Of a stretch of DNA of 64,000 nt, positions 1 through 10,120 are shown piece by piece; within the stretch, counting starts at the first letter, position 1; each line of letters starts with the position of its first letter. The DNA comes from Candidatus Bathyarchaeota archaeon. Its GTDB lineage: Archaea > Thermoproteota > Bathyarchaeia > Bathyarchaeales > Bathycorpusculaceae. The position numbers were made by a program, and so were the translations under genes. The DNA is taken from assembly GCA_963827165.1 (NCBI GenBank), contig CAWGZR010000012.1, positions 1-64,000 of the forward strand, in the 5' to 3' direction. Under the pieces are notes generated by a model, which did no database searches, was not told the DNA's origin, and saw only the letters and a list, made by a program, of their open reading frames with translations.

Positions 1-1
1 A

Positions 2-550
2 GAAACCGCTCCCGCAATCGAAGTTGCCCCCATAGAAGTTCCAGTGGAAGCTGCCCCCGTTGAGACCCCAATAGTTGAAGTCGCCCCAGTGGAAGCCGCT
101 CCGGTTGAAATTGCCGAGCCTGAAGTTCACGAAGTAACAGTTATCGCGCCAGAAATCGCGACAACAGAACCAGCGATTGTTGAGCCAGCCATTGAAGAAC
201 CAGCGATTAATGTTGAAGCCGCCTTTGTTGAAGTAGCGCCAGTTGTTGAAGAAGCAGCAGTTGAAGTCGTTGAGGTTCCATCTGAAATTGTTGAGGTTGT
301 GAAGGAGCCTGAGGTTGAAGCTGCGATTGATGCTTTCGAAGTTGCGCCTATGGTAGCTGAAGTTGAAACGACTCTTGATAAAATGATGGCGCCAGAGGTT
401 GAACCTGTGATCGCGTCAGTTATACTGGAGGAGGTCCAAGTTCCAGCCCACCCTTTGGAAGCGCCCCAGGCGGCGCAAACGGAAACGGTTCCAGAGCAAA
501 GCGCAGAAGAAACCGCAGCCACAACAGAAGACTCCAATAAGTCAGAATAA
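2..550 (+). CDS. C-terminal part of an acidic, low-complexity (E/V/A/P-rich) protein; 5' end lies outside the window
   Basis: Frame open from base 2 to TAA at 548-550; repetitive EVAPVE-type units; T-rich tract follows. Confidence 0.7.
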   Translation, partial: ETAPAIEVAPIEVPVEAAPVETPIVEVAPVEAAPVEIAEPEVHEVTVIAPEIATTEPAIVEPAIEEPAINVEAAFVEVAPVVEEAAVEVVEVPSEIVEVVKEPEVEAAIDAFEVAPMVAEVETTLDKMMAPEVEPVIASVILEEVQVPAHPLEAPQAAQTETVPEQSAEETAATTEDSNKSE

Positions 551-778
551 ACGTATTCTTCAGCTTTCTTTTTCTTTTTTATTTTTTAAAGTCTTTCAAC
601 TTCGTATTTGTGTTACCTTTTTGAAAAAATACTACCCATCTTAGAGTAGACCGATCCTGTTTAGGGCTTTTTTGGCTGCCTTCCAAAAATTGGGGTGTTA
701 AGCGTTGGTAAGTCATAATTGTCCCTGTCTTTTCCGTACGCCCTCAACCTTGCATCTTTTTCGCTACTGAAAATGAGG

Positions 779-1852
779 CTATAAGCCGTCGCTGTTGATT
801 ACTTTGCCAGAGTTAGCGTCGATGACAAGCACGATTTTTTTGTTTTTGTTGTTGAATCTTGCGAACCAGACTGGAACGTGAAGTAGCTCCACATCGCCAA
901 CGTCAAGGTCAGTGTGCAATGATTGGATCGCTTGGTATTTTGCGTGAGCTTTCTGAGATTGGAGTTGGTCAACTAAGGTTTTTGCTTGGGTTTTGGCGCC
1001 GTCTTCGCTTATGTCGCCGTTTAAGATTTTAACGTCCTTAGGCAGCTTAGCGATGTCGAATATTTCTCTGCCTTCAAGGTTGAATTGGTAGTCGTGTGGC
1101 TGATAGTCTGTGAGGGCTTTTAGTGCGATCACGGGGAAATTGTAGTTTTCATCCATCTGCTCTGCTTTTTTGTTTCCGCCGCCGCGACCCATTCCCATTC
1201 CGAAGGCCATTATCCTGATCCTCTTGAGCCCTAGGATTCCAGCAAACGGGTTATTAGTTTCCATTTGGCTTTCAAAAGCGCGTCTGCCTCCTCTACCGCC
1301 TCTTCTTCCACCACCTCCACCGCCGAAGCCTCCGCCTAATCCGCCAAGAATTACACCCATCAAAGCGGCTGACGTAGCAGTCTGCGCAAGTTGAGCTGCC
1401 TGGTTCGCAACGGTAATGCTTGTGCGGGCTGAAACGCTAACTATCCAGTAAGGCACGAATGTGAGGCTCATTTCCTCCTGCATACAGTCTTCAAGGCGAT
1501 GCCTATGCAGAAAACCATCATTAACCAAAGGCTTAATCAAAGTATTTACTTGCTCGACAGTGGCGACCTTTAGTGAGAGCATTGTTTGCTTCTGAATATT
1601 GGTCCAGCCTTGACCGCCCAAGGTCACTCCGCTGCCACAGTAAGCGCAGGTAATTACCATTTCGCCAAACTTAGGCGCAATCGGACCTCCGCAACTGGGG
1701 CACTTTAAGGATTGAACTCCTGAAGGCGCAATGACTGGTCCAGATGGACTCGTTTTTGCCGATTTAGAAGCATTGACAGACGTGCTTTTTCCACATTTAG
1801 TGCAGAACGCCGTACTCTCAGGCAGCTCAGCCCCACAATAGCCACAATACAC
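779..1852 (-). CDS. Zinc-ribbon domain protein with Gly/Arg-rich insert
   Basis: N-terminal CxxC...CxxC, second CPSC...CAYC pair, GGGGGRRGGRGG tract. Confidence 0.7.
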   Translation of the reverse strand: MYCGYCGAELPESTAFCTKCGKSTSVNASKSAKTSPSGPVIAPSGVQSLKCPSCGGPIAPKFGEMVITCAYCGSGVTLGGQGWTNIQKQTMLSLKVATVEQVNTLIKPLVNDGFLHRHRLEDCMQEEMSLTFVPYWIVSVSARTSITVANQAAQLAQTATSAALMGVILGGLGGGFGGGGGGRRGGRGGRRAFESQMETNNPFAGILGLKRIRIMAFGMGMGRGGGNKKAEQMDENYNFPVIALKALTDYQPHDYQFNLEGREIFDIAKLPKDVKILNGDISEDGAKTQAKTLVDQLQSQKAHAKYQAIQSLHTDLDVGDVELLHVPVWFARFNNKNKKIVLVIDANSGKVINSDGL

Positions 1853-1968
1853 GATTATTCCCCAATAGTTTTCCTTAAAACGTCGTCTAGGTTTCTCTTA
1901 AATTTTCCCCAGAATATACCCAAATTCACAGTTTGTAAGAAAGACATGTGTATGCGTTCTTAACTGCG

Positions 1969-2016
1969 AAAAATAAAAAAACGTCTTTCCCGCCTAATCA
2001 AAAACGGGCAGGAAAG
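1969..2016 (-). terminator. Putative hairpin plus U-tract terminator downstream of htrA-like gene
   Basis: Minus strand reads ctttcctgcc...ggcgggaaag followed by a T-rich run. Confidence 0.4.
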
Positions 2017-2133
2017 CGGTAGTTGAAGGGACTTGGTTTGTTGTGCTGAATTGTGGCGTGGGGTGTGGATGTCTTCGGAGCGGCGGCGACGGCATTGGGG
2101 ATGGTGGTTCGATTTCCATCGGGATATGGTCTA

Positions 2134-3066
2134 TCAGTCTTCTTCTCCTCCGTGAACGGTTGGCACTATGGTTGCTTCCAGCAGGGTTTCTCTTCGGATG
2201 ATTGTGAATTTGGTTTCTTTGTCTATGACGTCTTCTGCTAGTAGTCGGGGTAGGTCGTAGAAGTCTGTGACGGGTTTGCCGTTGAATTTTACGAGCACGT
2301 CTCCCATAGCTAAGCCTGCTTTGCGAGCGGGTGAACCTGCTTCAACGCTGAAGATCATAACGCCTGTTTCCTGGTCTAAGCCAGCTTGCTCAGCGATTTC
2401 TTCCGGTATAGCAACGGTGTTAGCGACTATTCCAAGATAGCCCCTCTGCGAAACGCGTCCAGTCATTAGCCTGTCTGCGATGAGTTTGACTTTGTTGATT
2501 GGGATCGCTATGCCTCTTTGCCAAACGTAAGCTGAGTTGATGCCGATGATTTTGCCTTCGACGTCGACTAGTGGTCCGCCGCTAAAGCCTGGGTTAAGTT
2601 GTGCGTCGGTGGCGATGATGTTTTCCATTTGAGTGGCTCCGCGCCATCCTCTTATTGTGCCATTTACGCTTGTGACCATGCCGCTTGTGGCTGTTGGTTG
2701 ACTTCTGTTGAATGGGTTAGCGAGCGCCAGAACGTATTGGCCAACGTTTAGTTTTTCTGAATCGCCCATTTCAATTGGTGTGAATTCTCCTTTTTCTGCT
2801 TTGAGTAGGGCTATGTCGCTGTATGGGTCTGTGCCGACGATTTTGGCTTGGAAGCTTTTTTCTCCTTGCCCTATTTTGACTGTGCCGCATCCTCCGACTA
2901 CATGGTTGCATGTTACGATGAAGCCGTCTTTTGTTAGAACGACGCCTGTGCCGTGTGCCATCTCAGCTTTCACACTGACGACAGACTTTGATGCTTTGCT
3001 TATCAGCATGCTTGTTGCGTCTGAGAGTGATTTGAGAACCTCTAATGGGTTAGATGTTTGACTCAT
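2134..3066 (-). CDS. HtrA/DegP-family trypsin-like serine protease with PDZ domain, no signal peptide
   Basis: TCNHVV, DIALLK, LNPGFSGGPL catalytic motifs; GYLGI...GSPA..AGL..GD PDZ; start placed at MSQTS. Confidence 0.9.
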   Translation of the reverse strand: MSQTSNPLEVLKSLSDATSMLISKASKSVVSVKAEMAHGTGVVLTKDGFIVTCNHVVGGCGTVKIGQGEKSFQAKIVGTDPYSDIALLKAEKGEFTPIEMGDSEKLNVGQYVLALANPFNRSQPTATSGMVTSVNGTIRGWRGATQMENIIATDAQLNPGFSGGPLVDVEGKIIGINSAYVWQRGIAIPINKVKLIADRLMTGRVSQRGYLGIVANTVAIPEEIAEQAGLDQETGVMIFSVEAGSPARKAGLAMGDVLVKFNGKPVTDFYDLPRLLAEDVIDKETKFTIIRRETLLEATIVPTVHGGEED

Positions 3067-3239
3067 TTTGTTTTTCACCGAAAGAGTATACATCAAAATA
3101 CTATATGTTGACTAAGGAGAGCCCAAACCCAGTCACGCACAGCGCTTGAATTGGACTTGGGATGCCTAATAGAGCAATTAGGCGAGCGCCAACCTGATGG
3201 CTATGGACTTGAAATGATTTTTTTAGGGGTGCGTTTAGC

Positions 3240-3713
3240 CTAAAAGTCTTCCTTTACCAAACGATAAAAGTACCATTCCAAACGTTTGGCTTTATTCTTT
3301 TCATAGAAATCTTGTGCTGACTTGTTCCATTTCAAAACGGTGAACTCTATCCTGCCGCATCCCTCTCGTTTAGCGGTTTCTTTTAGGAAATCAAACATTT
3401 TTTGGCCTACGCCTTTTCTTCTGTACTGCTCCAGAACAAAAATATCTTCAAGAAACAGGGTAGGCATGGCAAGAAAACTCGAATAGGTAAAGAAAAAAAT
3501 GACGTAGGACACGCTCTTGCCACCGACTTTTCCGTTAAAAGCTTGATATTTAGGATTGGCAGACAAACAGTCTCTGCGCAACCTTATTTTCGCCTCTTCA
3601 TTTAGCGGAGCCAGCTTCTCGTACTCGGCAAGTTTGGCAATTAAACCTAAAAAATCGTCAAAGGTTTCAGCATTGACCTCTTCAATAACCACCAAAGTTT
3701 CTTCTTTGTCCAT
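3240..3713 (-). CDS. GNAT N-acetyltransferase (diamine/spermidine acetyltransferase-like)
   Basis: LFLEDIFV..YRRKGVG, VLKWNKSAQDFY motifs. Confidence 0.85.
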   Translation of the reverse strand: MDKEETLVVIEEVNAETFDDFLGLIAKLAEYEKLAPLNEEAKIRLRRDCLSANPKYQAFNGKVGGKSVSYVIFFFTYSSFLAMPTLFLEDIFVLEQYRRKGVGQKMFDFLKETAKREGCGRIEFTVLKWNKSAQDFYEKNKAKRLEWYFYRLVKEDF

Positions 3714-3919
3714 ACAAGTTACTGGTTACTTGAAGAGATAAAAAATTATTGTTAAAAAATTATTACCGAAGAAGATCTGACAAACCCAATTGGGTAGAGA
3801 ATTAAGGTGCCTGAATAACTCCACGATGAGCAGAAAGTCAGCGCTTTATCATTTATAAAAAGTGTTTTTCAAGACAAAAGGTTTTTCAAGAGACAGGGCA
3901 CTTGGTAGCTTGTGGAAAA

Positions 3920-4234
3920 ATGGAGAAAGTTTGGGTAGAACTTAAAAAAATCGAAGCTGAGGCAGAAAAGATTCGCGTCGGAGCTCAGCAGAAAGCCCAA
4001 AGCATTAGGGCTCTTGCCAATCGGGATAGTGAGAAACTGATTTCCAACGGTCAAACTTATGGTGAGGAAGAGGCGCAGCGTTTGTACGCGAGCGCGGTTG
4101 AGGAAGCCAATCGAAATCGCGATGAAAGTCTGAAAGCGAACGAATTGGCCACTGAAAAACTGAAAGTTCAAGCTGGAAAGCATATGGATGCGGCAATTGC
4201 TAAAGTTGTTAATTCAATTATCAAGGAAACCTAA
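3920..4234 (+). CDS. atpH: A/V-type ATP synthase subunit H (peripheral stalk)
   Basis: ~100 aa charged coiled coil (IEAEAEKI), first gene of the ATPase cluster. Confidence 0.7.
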   Translation: MEKVWVELKKIEAEAEKIRVGAQQKAQSIRALANRDSEKLISNGQTYGEEEAQRLYASAVEEANRNRDESLKANELATEKLKVQAGKHMDAAIAKVVNSIIKET

Positions 4235-4236
4235 CT

Positions 4237-5289
4237 TTGAGCCAGACAACACTTTATGCTTCGGCGCTCGCTAAAATCGGAGCAGAAAGAAGCAAACTGC
4301 TCAGTGAAAACAAAATTAAAGCGCTTGCAGAAACCAGAAGTCTCGCAGAACTTACAATTCAACTTCGAGATACCGGCTATCAAGAACAAATCTCGAAAAT
4401 AATACCGCCGCCAACAAGCCGTAAACTGGAAAGAGCATTCTACGAAAACCTTATTGAAACTTACGTAAAAATTATCAAAAACTCGCCAAAGAAAGCAAGA
4501 AACTATCTGGCCTTGTATCTTTTAAAGTTCGAAATTGAGCATGTCAAAATGCTTATGAAAGCAACAAGTGCAAGACTGACCCCCGACCAGAAAATAGCTA
4601 AAATATATTCTTCTGTAGAAGACTATCTTAAGAGAAATTTGGTGATGGATGAAGCCACTAAAGCTTCAACTGTAAACCAATTAATTCATGCTTTTAAGGG
4701 CACAGAATATTGGTCACCTCTGAACATGGGGCTTAAAAATTATGAGGAAAACGCTTCGACCACGGGTTTTGACGTTTTTGTAGATAAGTTCTTCTACGAA
4801 AAACTCTACGACAGTTATGATTCGCTCCCCCAAAAAGAGAAGCCATATGCATTTTTTTATGCAAGCATAGAGAACGACGGCTTCACTTTGTTGACTCTTC
4901 TGAGGGGAAAAGCCCTTGATCACGACCCAAACTGGCTACGACTGGTGATTCCCCAAAAATACTTCAGTCTACATAAGACAATAGTTGAAGCTTTAGTTAC
5001 AGCTGATGATTTTGAATCAGCCCTAAAGATTGTTCTAGAAAGCCACTACGGCAAGTTTTTTGCTAAAGCCCAGAGTCCCGAAGAAACCATAGCAGCCGCT
5101 GGAAAAGCCTTCAAGAAAGCACTTTTACAACATGCTAAATCAAGCGCAATTAGTGAGATTTTTAATATCGGGTCAGCTCTTGCTTTCATGACACAAAAAG
5201 AAGCCGAAGTGTTCAACTTAACCGCTTTGAGCTTGAATGTGTCCTCAGGAATTAAGCCTGACGACGTTAGAAACGGACTTTTGCTCTAA
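4237..5289 (+). CDS. atpC: A/V-type ATP synthase subunit C
   Basis: 350 aa; Y..A.AKIGAERSKLL N-terminus, KEAEVFNL C-terminus; operon context. Confidence 0.85.
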   Translation: MSQTTLYASALAKIGAERSKLLSENKIKALAETRSLAELTIQLRDTGYQEQISKIIPPPTSRKLERAFYENLIETYVKIIKNSPKKARNYLALYLLKFEIEHVKMLMKATSARLTPDQKIAKIYSSVEDYLKRNLVMDEATKASTVNQLIHAFKGTEYWSPLNMGLKNYEENASTTGFDVFVDKFFYEKLYDSYDSLPQKEKPYAFFYASIENDGFTLLTLLRGKALDHDPNWLRLVIPQKYFSLHKTIVEALVTADDFESALKIVLESHYGKFFAKAQSPEETIAAAGKAFKKALLQHAKSSAISEIFNIGSALAFMTQKEAEVFNLTALSLNVSSGIKPDDVRNGLLL

Positions 5290-5300
5290 ACTCATTTTAC

Positions 5301-7349
5301 TTAATTATTTTTCTTTTCTTTTTGTTTACGTACAATATCAGTGTGATCGAAATTCTGTTTAAACGGTTTGAACTCTGATCCTGTACCTTGATAAAACTTG
5401 CTAAACCACTCGTAAAAGTGCAATCTTAGAGTGTGAATGAAAACGATTAATCCTTCAAGCGCAAGGACGAAAATGTTTCCGCCAACGATGACTACGCCGC
5501 TAACAATCAAAGTTACAATTGTAGTAGTTCCAATTAAACCAGCAACCGTGTAAGTCACAAGAAGCAATGCCCAGTGCGCCATAAGCAAAGCAAGAATTCG
5601 AGTGTAAGAAATAGTGTTGCTCAATAAACGTGTCATAAAGTCCCCTCCTTCAAAAAGACTTTGCCCGAATGATCCCTCATGAGCCCCAGGAGCCACCTCC
5701 TCTTCACCTTGAGTTTCAACGGCCTGCATTGAAAAATGCGGAAGATGCGAAACGGCAACAAAAGTCGGTTTAGCAATAACCATTAAAATAAACGGTACTA
5801 CAATAAGCAAAACTGGACCTGAAAACCATAAAGCGATATTTAACTTGTAAACTACGATAAGATAAACTGAACATACATAGAACGCTATTCTAGGAACCGA
5901 TAAGAAAATCGCATCAGCGAAATCACGTTTAATTGCAAAGTTCGCCATCTCCAACACCAACCCGCTTAAAATTTGCGCGACACCTAAGCATAGAGCGAAG
6001 ATTAAGAAGCCGAATACGTTAGTGGTTGGACTGAAAGGGTCGAACCATAGAGGAGTAAATAATGCTTTGCCGAAAAACTCGCCATATAATGCGCCGGCAA
6101 CTATAGCGGCTAAGCCGCAGGTAGCCATAATCCAGCATACGTTTCTTATTCCTTGATTTTTCTTAATCAGGAAGAACATCGCTAATCCACCGACCAACAG
6201 AATAATGCCGTGGCCCATGTCACCGAACATTAAACCAAAAAGGATCGGGAAGCTAATCGCCATAAATGGTGTCGGATCCAATTCGTTGTAGTGCGGTAAA
6301 CCGTAAAGTTTTGTTAGTTCTTCAAAAGGCCTGACAAATCTCCCATGAGTAATCTTCGTAGGCGGATCTTCAGCCACGGCTACTTCGTTACTTAGAACTA
6401 ATACTTTTCCGTCAAGCATTCCAGTGACTTTTTCTGTTAGTTCTTGGAATTTTTTCTGAGGAACAAATCCCTTGACTGTTGCAAGCCGTCCAGACTGCCC
6501 CATTTTTTTCTCCGCGTTTAACAGAGCAAGAATGTTTTCTGTGGTCTCTTTCCATGACGCAAGATTATCTTTGTTTTCATTTCCTAATTTATTTAGAGAA
6601 AGGCAAACCGCTTTTTCTTTTTCAGAGTTTTCTTTTAATTGCTTGGTCACTTCTTTAAGTGCTGCGTTCACATCGTGAGGTAAACTTTTGGGTATATGAA
6701 AGATTTCGGCGTGATACGTTCTCATTATTTTCTCGATGTCTGCTTGACGTTTGTTTGAGCTGGCTAAACAAACAAAAATTGCTTCTTTGGCTAGTGAACA
6801 ACGATTAATAAAAACGGGCATTCCAGCAAGAGCGGTTTCTAAACCATTAAAGTTCTTGACGGGTACACTTGCGATTGCAACAAAAATTTCCTTCAGATCC
6901 TCCATCGCTGAAAGGTCTGCTCCCATTATTTCCATTCTCGTCAGCATTTCTTTGATGTGATCGAGCTCTGATGTTTTTTCTTGCAAGTGAGAGAGAGATT
7001 CATTGAGGCCGTCAGCTTCTTTTTTAAGAGCGACAATTTTTTGGCAGGTGTCTTCCATGAGCGTCTGCCAAGTTTCCGTAGTAACTTGAATTTTAGTAGG
7101 CGGTGTCTCCCTGAAAATGCTAAAAAGACTAGATTTTTCTTGAACAAGCTGCTTAATCAACGCATTGGCATCGGAAAGAGATTCCTCAACTCTCTGGATA
7201 CCTTGGTTGTAGTCAATTACTCCTTCGTCATCTAGAACTGTTTGTTCAATATGGAATTCGCCGAAGTTGTTGAGTGCTTCCAAAACTAACTCTACGTCTT
7301 TTTTAACGCAGATTATCGATGTGGAAGTCATTCTTTCGGGTCGCAACAT
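5301..7349 (-). CDS. atpI: A/V-type ATP synthase subunit I (a), inverted relative to its neighbours
   Basis: DPTP, FGLMFGDMGHG, SNTISYTRILAL (essential Arg), LRLHFYEWFSKFY. Confidence 0.95.
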   Translation of the reverse strand: MLRPERMTSTSIICVKKDVELVLEALNNFGEFHIEQTVLDDEGVIDYNQGIQRVEESLSDANALIKQLVQEKSSLFSIFRETPPTKIQVTTETWQTLMEDTCQKIVALKKEADGLNESLSHLQEKTSELDHIKEMLTRMEIMGADLSAMEDLKEIFVAIASVPVKNFNGLETALAGMPVFINRCSLAKEAIFVCLASSNKRQADIEKIMRTYHAEIFHIPKSLPHDVNAALKEVTKQLKENSEKEKAVCLSLNKLGNENKDNLASWKETTENILALLNAEKKMGQSGRLATVKGFVPQKKFQELTEKVTGMLDGKVLVLSNEVAVAEDPPTKITHGRFVRPFEELTKLYGLPHYNELDPTPFMAISFPILFGLMFGDMGHGIILLVGGLAMFFLIKKNQGIRNVCWIMATCGLAAIVAGALYGEFFGKALFTPLWFDPFSPTTNVFGFLIFALCLGVAQILSGLVLEMANFAIKRDFADAIFLSVPRIAFYVCSVYLIVVYKLNIALWFSGPVLLIVVPFILMVIAKPTFVAVSHLPHFSMQAVETQGEEEVAPGAHEGSFGQSLFEGGDFMTRLLSNTISYTRILALLMAHWALLLVTYTVAGLIGTTTIVTLIVSGVVIVGGNIFVLALEGLIVFIHTLRLHFYEWFSKFYQGTGSEFKPFKQNFDHTDIVRKQKEKKNN

Positions 7350-7404
7350 TTTTAACAGGTTGTTGATTTATCAGCAAACATTTAAAGTTATATTTGGCGA
7401 TAAC
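7350..7404. promoter_or_regulatory. 55-bp divergent promoter region between atpI and atpF
   Basis: Palindromic TTTAAA at 7381-7386 lies within ~20-35 bp of both start codons. Confidence 0.45.
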
Positions 7405-7713
7405 ATGATTGGCTACATAATTGGGGACAGTGACATGACTACTGGCTTTAAACTCGTAGGTGTTGAAGGCGTCGAAGCTACTTCAGCAAAAGAGGCTCAA
7501 CAGGCCTTAAATAAAGCACTCTCACGTCCCGAGATTGGTGTTGTAATCATGAGTGAAACATTCTTCTCTGACTCGTCCATTCGTGAACAAGTTGATAAAA
7601 TACGTCAAGAACGGGCTACGCCGCTGATTATAGCAGTTCCCGGCAGCAGTGGACAAGCAAATGAAATGCTGTTATCAGCTATTATAAGCAAAATATTAGG
7701 AATCAAAGTATAA
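7405..7713 (+). CDS. atpF: A/V-type ATP synthase subunit F
   Basis: IIGDSDMTTGFKLVGV and PLIIAVP motifs; start moved to ATG 7405. Confidence 0.9.
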   Translation: MIGYIIGDSDMTTGFKLVGVEGVEATSAKEAQQALNKALSRPEIGVVIMSETFFSDSSIREQVDKIRQERATPLIIAVPGSSGQANEMLLSAIISKILGIKV

Positions 7714-7715
7714 CG

Positions 7716-8345
7716 GTGAATTTGATGACTGTCAAAGATGGCATTTCAGCAATTTCAAGTGAGGTTTTGGCAGATGTTCAAAAAGAAGCTGAAGCGGTGC
7801 TATTAGCGGCAGAAAATGATGCGAAAGAAAAGTTGAAGCAGGCAAGAGAGCAAGCCCATCAAAATCGTCAAAATATAATCACTCAGGCTACTGCAAAAGC
7901 GGAAGCTGAAAAGCGAAAAATTGCTTCTGTGACTGAGGTAGACATGAGGAACCGTTTGCTTCAAGTAAAAGAAGATTTAGTTTATGCTGCTTTTGACAAA
8001 GCTGATACTGAAATTAAGAATTTCGTAAAAACTGAAGAATACCACTCTTATCTGCTCAAGCTGATAGAAGATGCGAGCGAAAGAATCGGCCAAAAAGACC
8101 TCGTTGTTCAAGTAAATGCTATTGACGAAGGTTGGTTGACGCAGGACGTTCTGAAAAGTTTATCTAAGAAGGTACATTGCCAGTTAACGCTATCCGCTAA
8201 AACCGGCGATTACCTCGGGGGATGCGTAATCCAAACCTCAGACAACAAAATAATTTGTGATGTCACCATAGATAACCGGTTGCAAGAACTCAAACCAGTT
8301 TTGCGCGTTGCAATAGCGAAAATATTGTTTGGAGAGGCGGTATAA
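7716..8345 (+). CDS. atpE: A/V-type ATP synthase subunit E
   Basis: N-terminal coiled coil, LGGCVIQT...DVTIDNRL...IAKILF. Confidence 0.9.
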   Translation: MNLMTVKDGISAISSEVLADVQKEAEAVLLAAENDAKEKLKQAREQAHQNRQNIITQATAKAEAEKRKIASVTEVDMRNRLLQVKEDLVYAAFDKADTEIKNFVKTEEYHSYLLKLIEDASERIGQKDLVVQVNAIDEGWLTQDVLKSLSKKVHCQLTLSAKTGDYLGGCVIQTSDNKIICDVTIDNRLQELKPVLRVAIAKILFGEAV

Positions 8346-8350
8346 ATAAA

Positions 8351-10120
8351 ATGTTTGTTAAGGGTAAGATAATCAGAGTGGCAGGACCAGTCGTAGAAGC
8401 AAATAACATGGAACAAGCCGTTATGCACGAAATGGTCGAAGTGGGCAATAACCGTTTAATCGGCGAAATTATCCGTTTAGAAGGCCAACGAGCTACAATT
8501 CAAGTTTACCAAAATACCACTGGACTCAAACTCGACGAGCCAGTTTTGGGCACGGGAAGCCCTCTCTCAGTGGAATTAGCTCCCGGCATAGTAGGCAACG
8601 TTTTTGATGGTATCCAAAGACCTCTCGAAGAACTAAAAAACATAACAGGCGCGTTCATCAAACAAGCACCTGGAATAACGGCTCTTTCCCGAACTAAAAA
8701 ATGGACCTTTGTACCGACGGCAAAAGTCGGTGCTAAACTTTCGGGCGGCGATATACTCGGCACGGTAAAAGAAACAGATCTTTTTGAACACCGCATACTT
8801 GTTCCAGTTAACGTACAAGGCAAACTAGTAAAGATTGCACCACAAGGTGATTACACAATTACAGAATCAATCGCCACTATCGAATCAAACGGAACCGAGG
8901 TTGATTTGCCCATGCTTCAGAAATGGCCCGTTAGAACACCACGCCCGCATACACGGAGACTATTTGCCACTTCCCCATTAATCACCGGACAACGTGTAAT
9001 CGACACCTTCTTTCCCGTTGCAAAAGGCGGAAGTGCAGCTATCCCCGGCCCCTTCGGTTCAGGAAAAACTGTCACCCAGCAGCAACTTGCTAAATGGTCA
9101 GATGCAGATATCGTCATTTACGTGGGTTGCGGAGAACGCGGCAACGAAATGGTTGATGTACTAGATAGCTTCCCCAAATTAATCGATCCCACAACCGGGC
9201 ATCCACTGATGGAACGAACAGTCCTTGTCGCCAATACAAGCAACATGCCCGTCTCCGCTCGGGAAGCCAGCATCTATACTGGCATCACGCTCGCAGAATA
9301 CTTCCGTGACATGGGGTATGCCGTCGCGTTAATGGCGGACTCCACAAGCAGATGGGCTGAAGCACTCCGCGAAGTTTCAGGGCGACTTGAAGAAATGCCT
9401 GCTGAAGAAGGCTTTCCAAGTTATTTACCCTCTCGTCTCGCAGAATTCTACGAACGCACCGGAGTTGTTGAAGTGTTAGGTTCAGATAAACGCGTTGGTT
9501 CTATTTGCGCTATCGGAGCGGTTTCCCCTCCTGGCGGAGACTTCTCAGAGCCGGTCACGCAGCATACCAAACGTTTCACGCGAGTTTTCTGGGCGCTGGA
9601 CGCTGAACTTGCAGCTGCACGGCATTATCCATCAATTAACTGGATGGACAGCTATAGCGGCTATATCCAAGATCTTGCGGAATGGTGGCACAAACAAGTC
9701 GATAAAAGTTGGAACAGCTACCGCGAAGAAGCCATGCGTATATTACAGGCTGAAGATGATCTCAAGAACATCGTAAAACTTGTTGGCCCAGAAGCCTTGC
9801 CCGACAAGCAACGCCTAATCTTGGAAACGGCCAGAATCATACGCATCGCCTTCCTTCAACAGAACGCTTTAGACCCGATTGATACATACAGTTCCCCACA
9901 AAAACAGTTTAAGATGATCAAGATAATCGTTGACTACCATCGATTAGCCGATAACGTGGTAAGCAAGGGTGTACCAATTTCCAAAGTTACAGAAATGCCA
10001 ATTACCGAAGAGATTTTACGTATGAAAAATTCTATACCGAACGATAAAGTTGATCTCCTAGACGATTTAGAGAAACGAATGTATGAAAGCTTCGGAATCC
10101 TTGAGGCAACAATGAGGTAA
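8351..10120 (+). CDS. atpA: A/V-type ATP synthase subunit A
   Basis: Walker [29 protein letters not shown]. Confidence 0.97.
   Translation: MFVKGKIIRVAGPVVEANNMEQAVMHEMVEVGNNRLIGEIIRLEGQRATIQVYQNTTGLKLDEPVLGTGSPLSVELAPGIVGNVFDGIQRPLEELKNITGAFIKQAPGITALSRTKKWTFVPTAKVGAKLSGGDILGTVKETDLFEHRILVPVNVQGKLVKIAPQGDYTITESIATIESNGTEVDLPMLQKWPVRTPRPHTRRLFATSPLITGQRVIDTFFPVAKGGSAAIPGPFGSGKTVTQQQLAKWSDADIVIYVGCGERGNEMVDVLDSFPKLIDPTTGHPLMERTVLVANTSNMPVSAREASIYTGITLAEYFRDMGYAVALMADSTSRWAEALREVSGRLEEMPAEEGFPSYLPSRLAEFYERTGVVEVLGSDKRVGSICAIGAVSPPGGDFSEPVTQHTKRFTRVFWALDAELAAARHYPSINWMDSYSGYIQDLAEWWHKQVDKSWNSYREEAMRILQAEDDLKNIVKLVGPEALPDKQRLILETARIIRIAFLQQNALDPIDTYSSPQKQFKMIKIIVDYHRLADNVVSKGVPISKVTEMPITEEILRMKNSIPNDKVDLLDDLEKRMYESFGILEATMR

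Noticed and set aside
127-537. 136-aa Ser/Thr-rich antisense ORF
   Set aside because: Shadow of the repetitive acidic ORF on the plus strand
1998-2120. Short Pro-rich minus-strand ORF (MEIEPPSPMPSP...) after htrA
   Set aside because: About 40 codons, no motif, overlaps the putative terminator; cannot be supported
7267-7404. N-terminal extension of atpF given in the ORF track
   Set aside because: Overlaps atpI on the opposite strand; family similarity starts at ATG 7405
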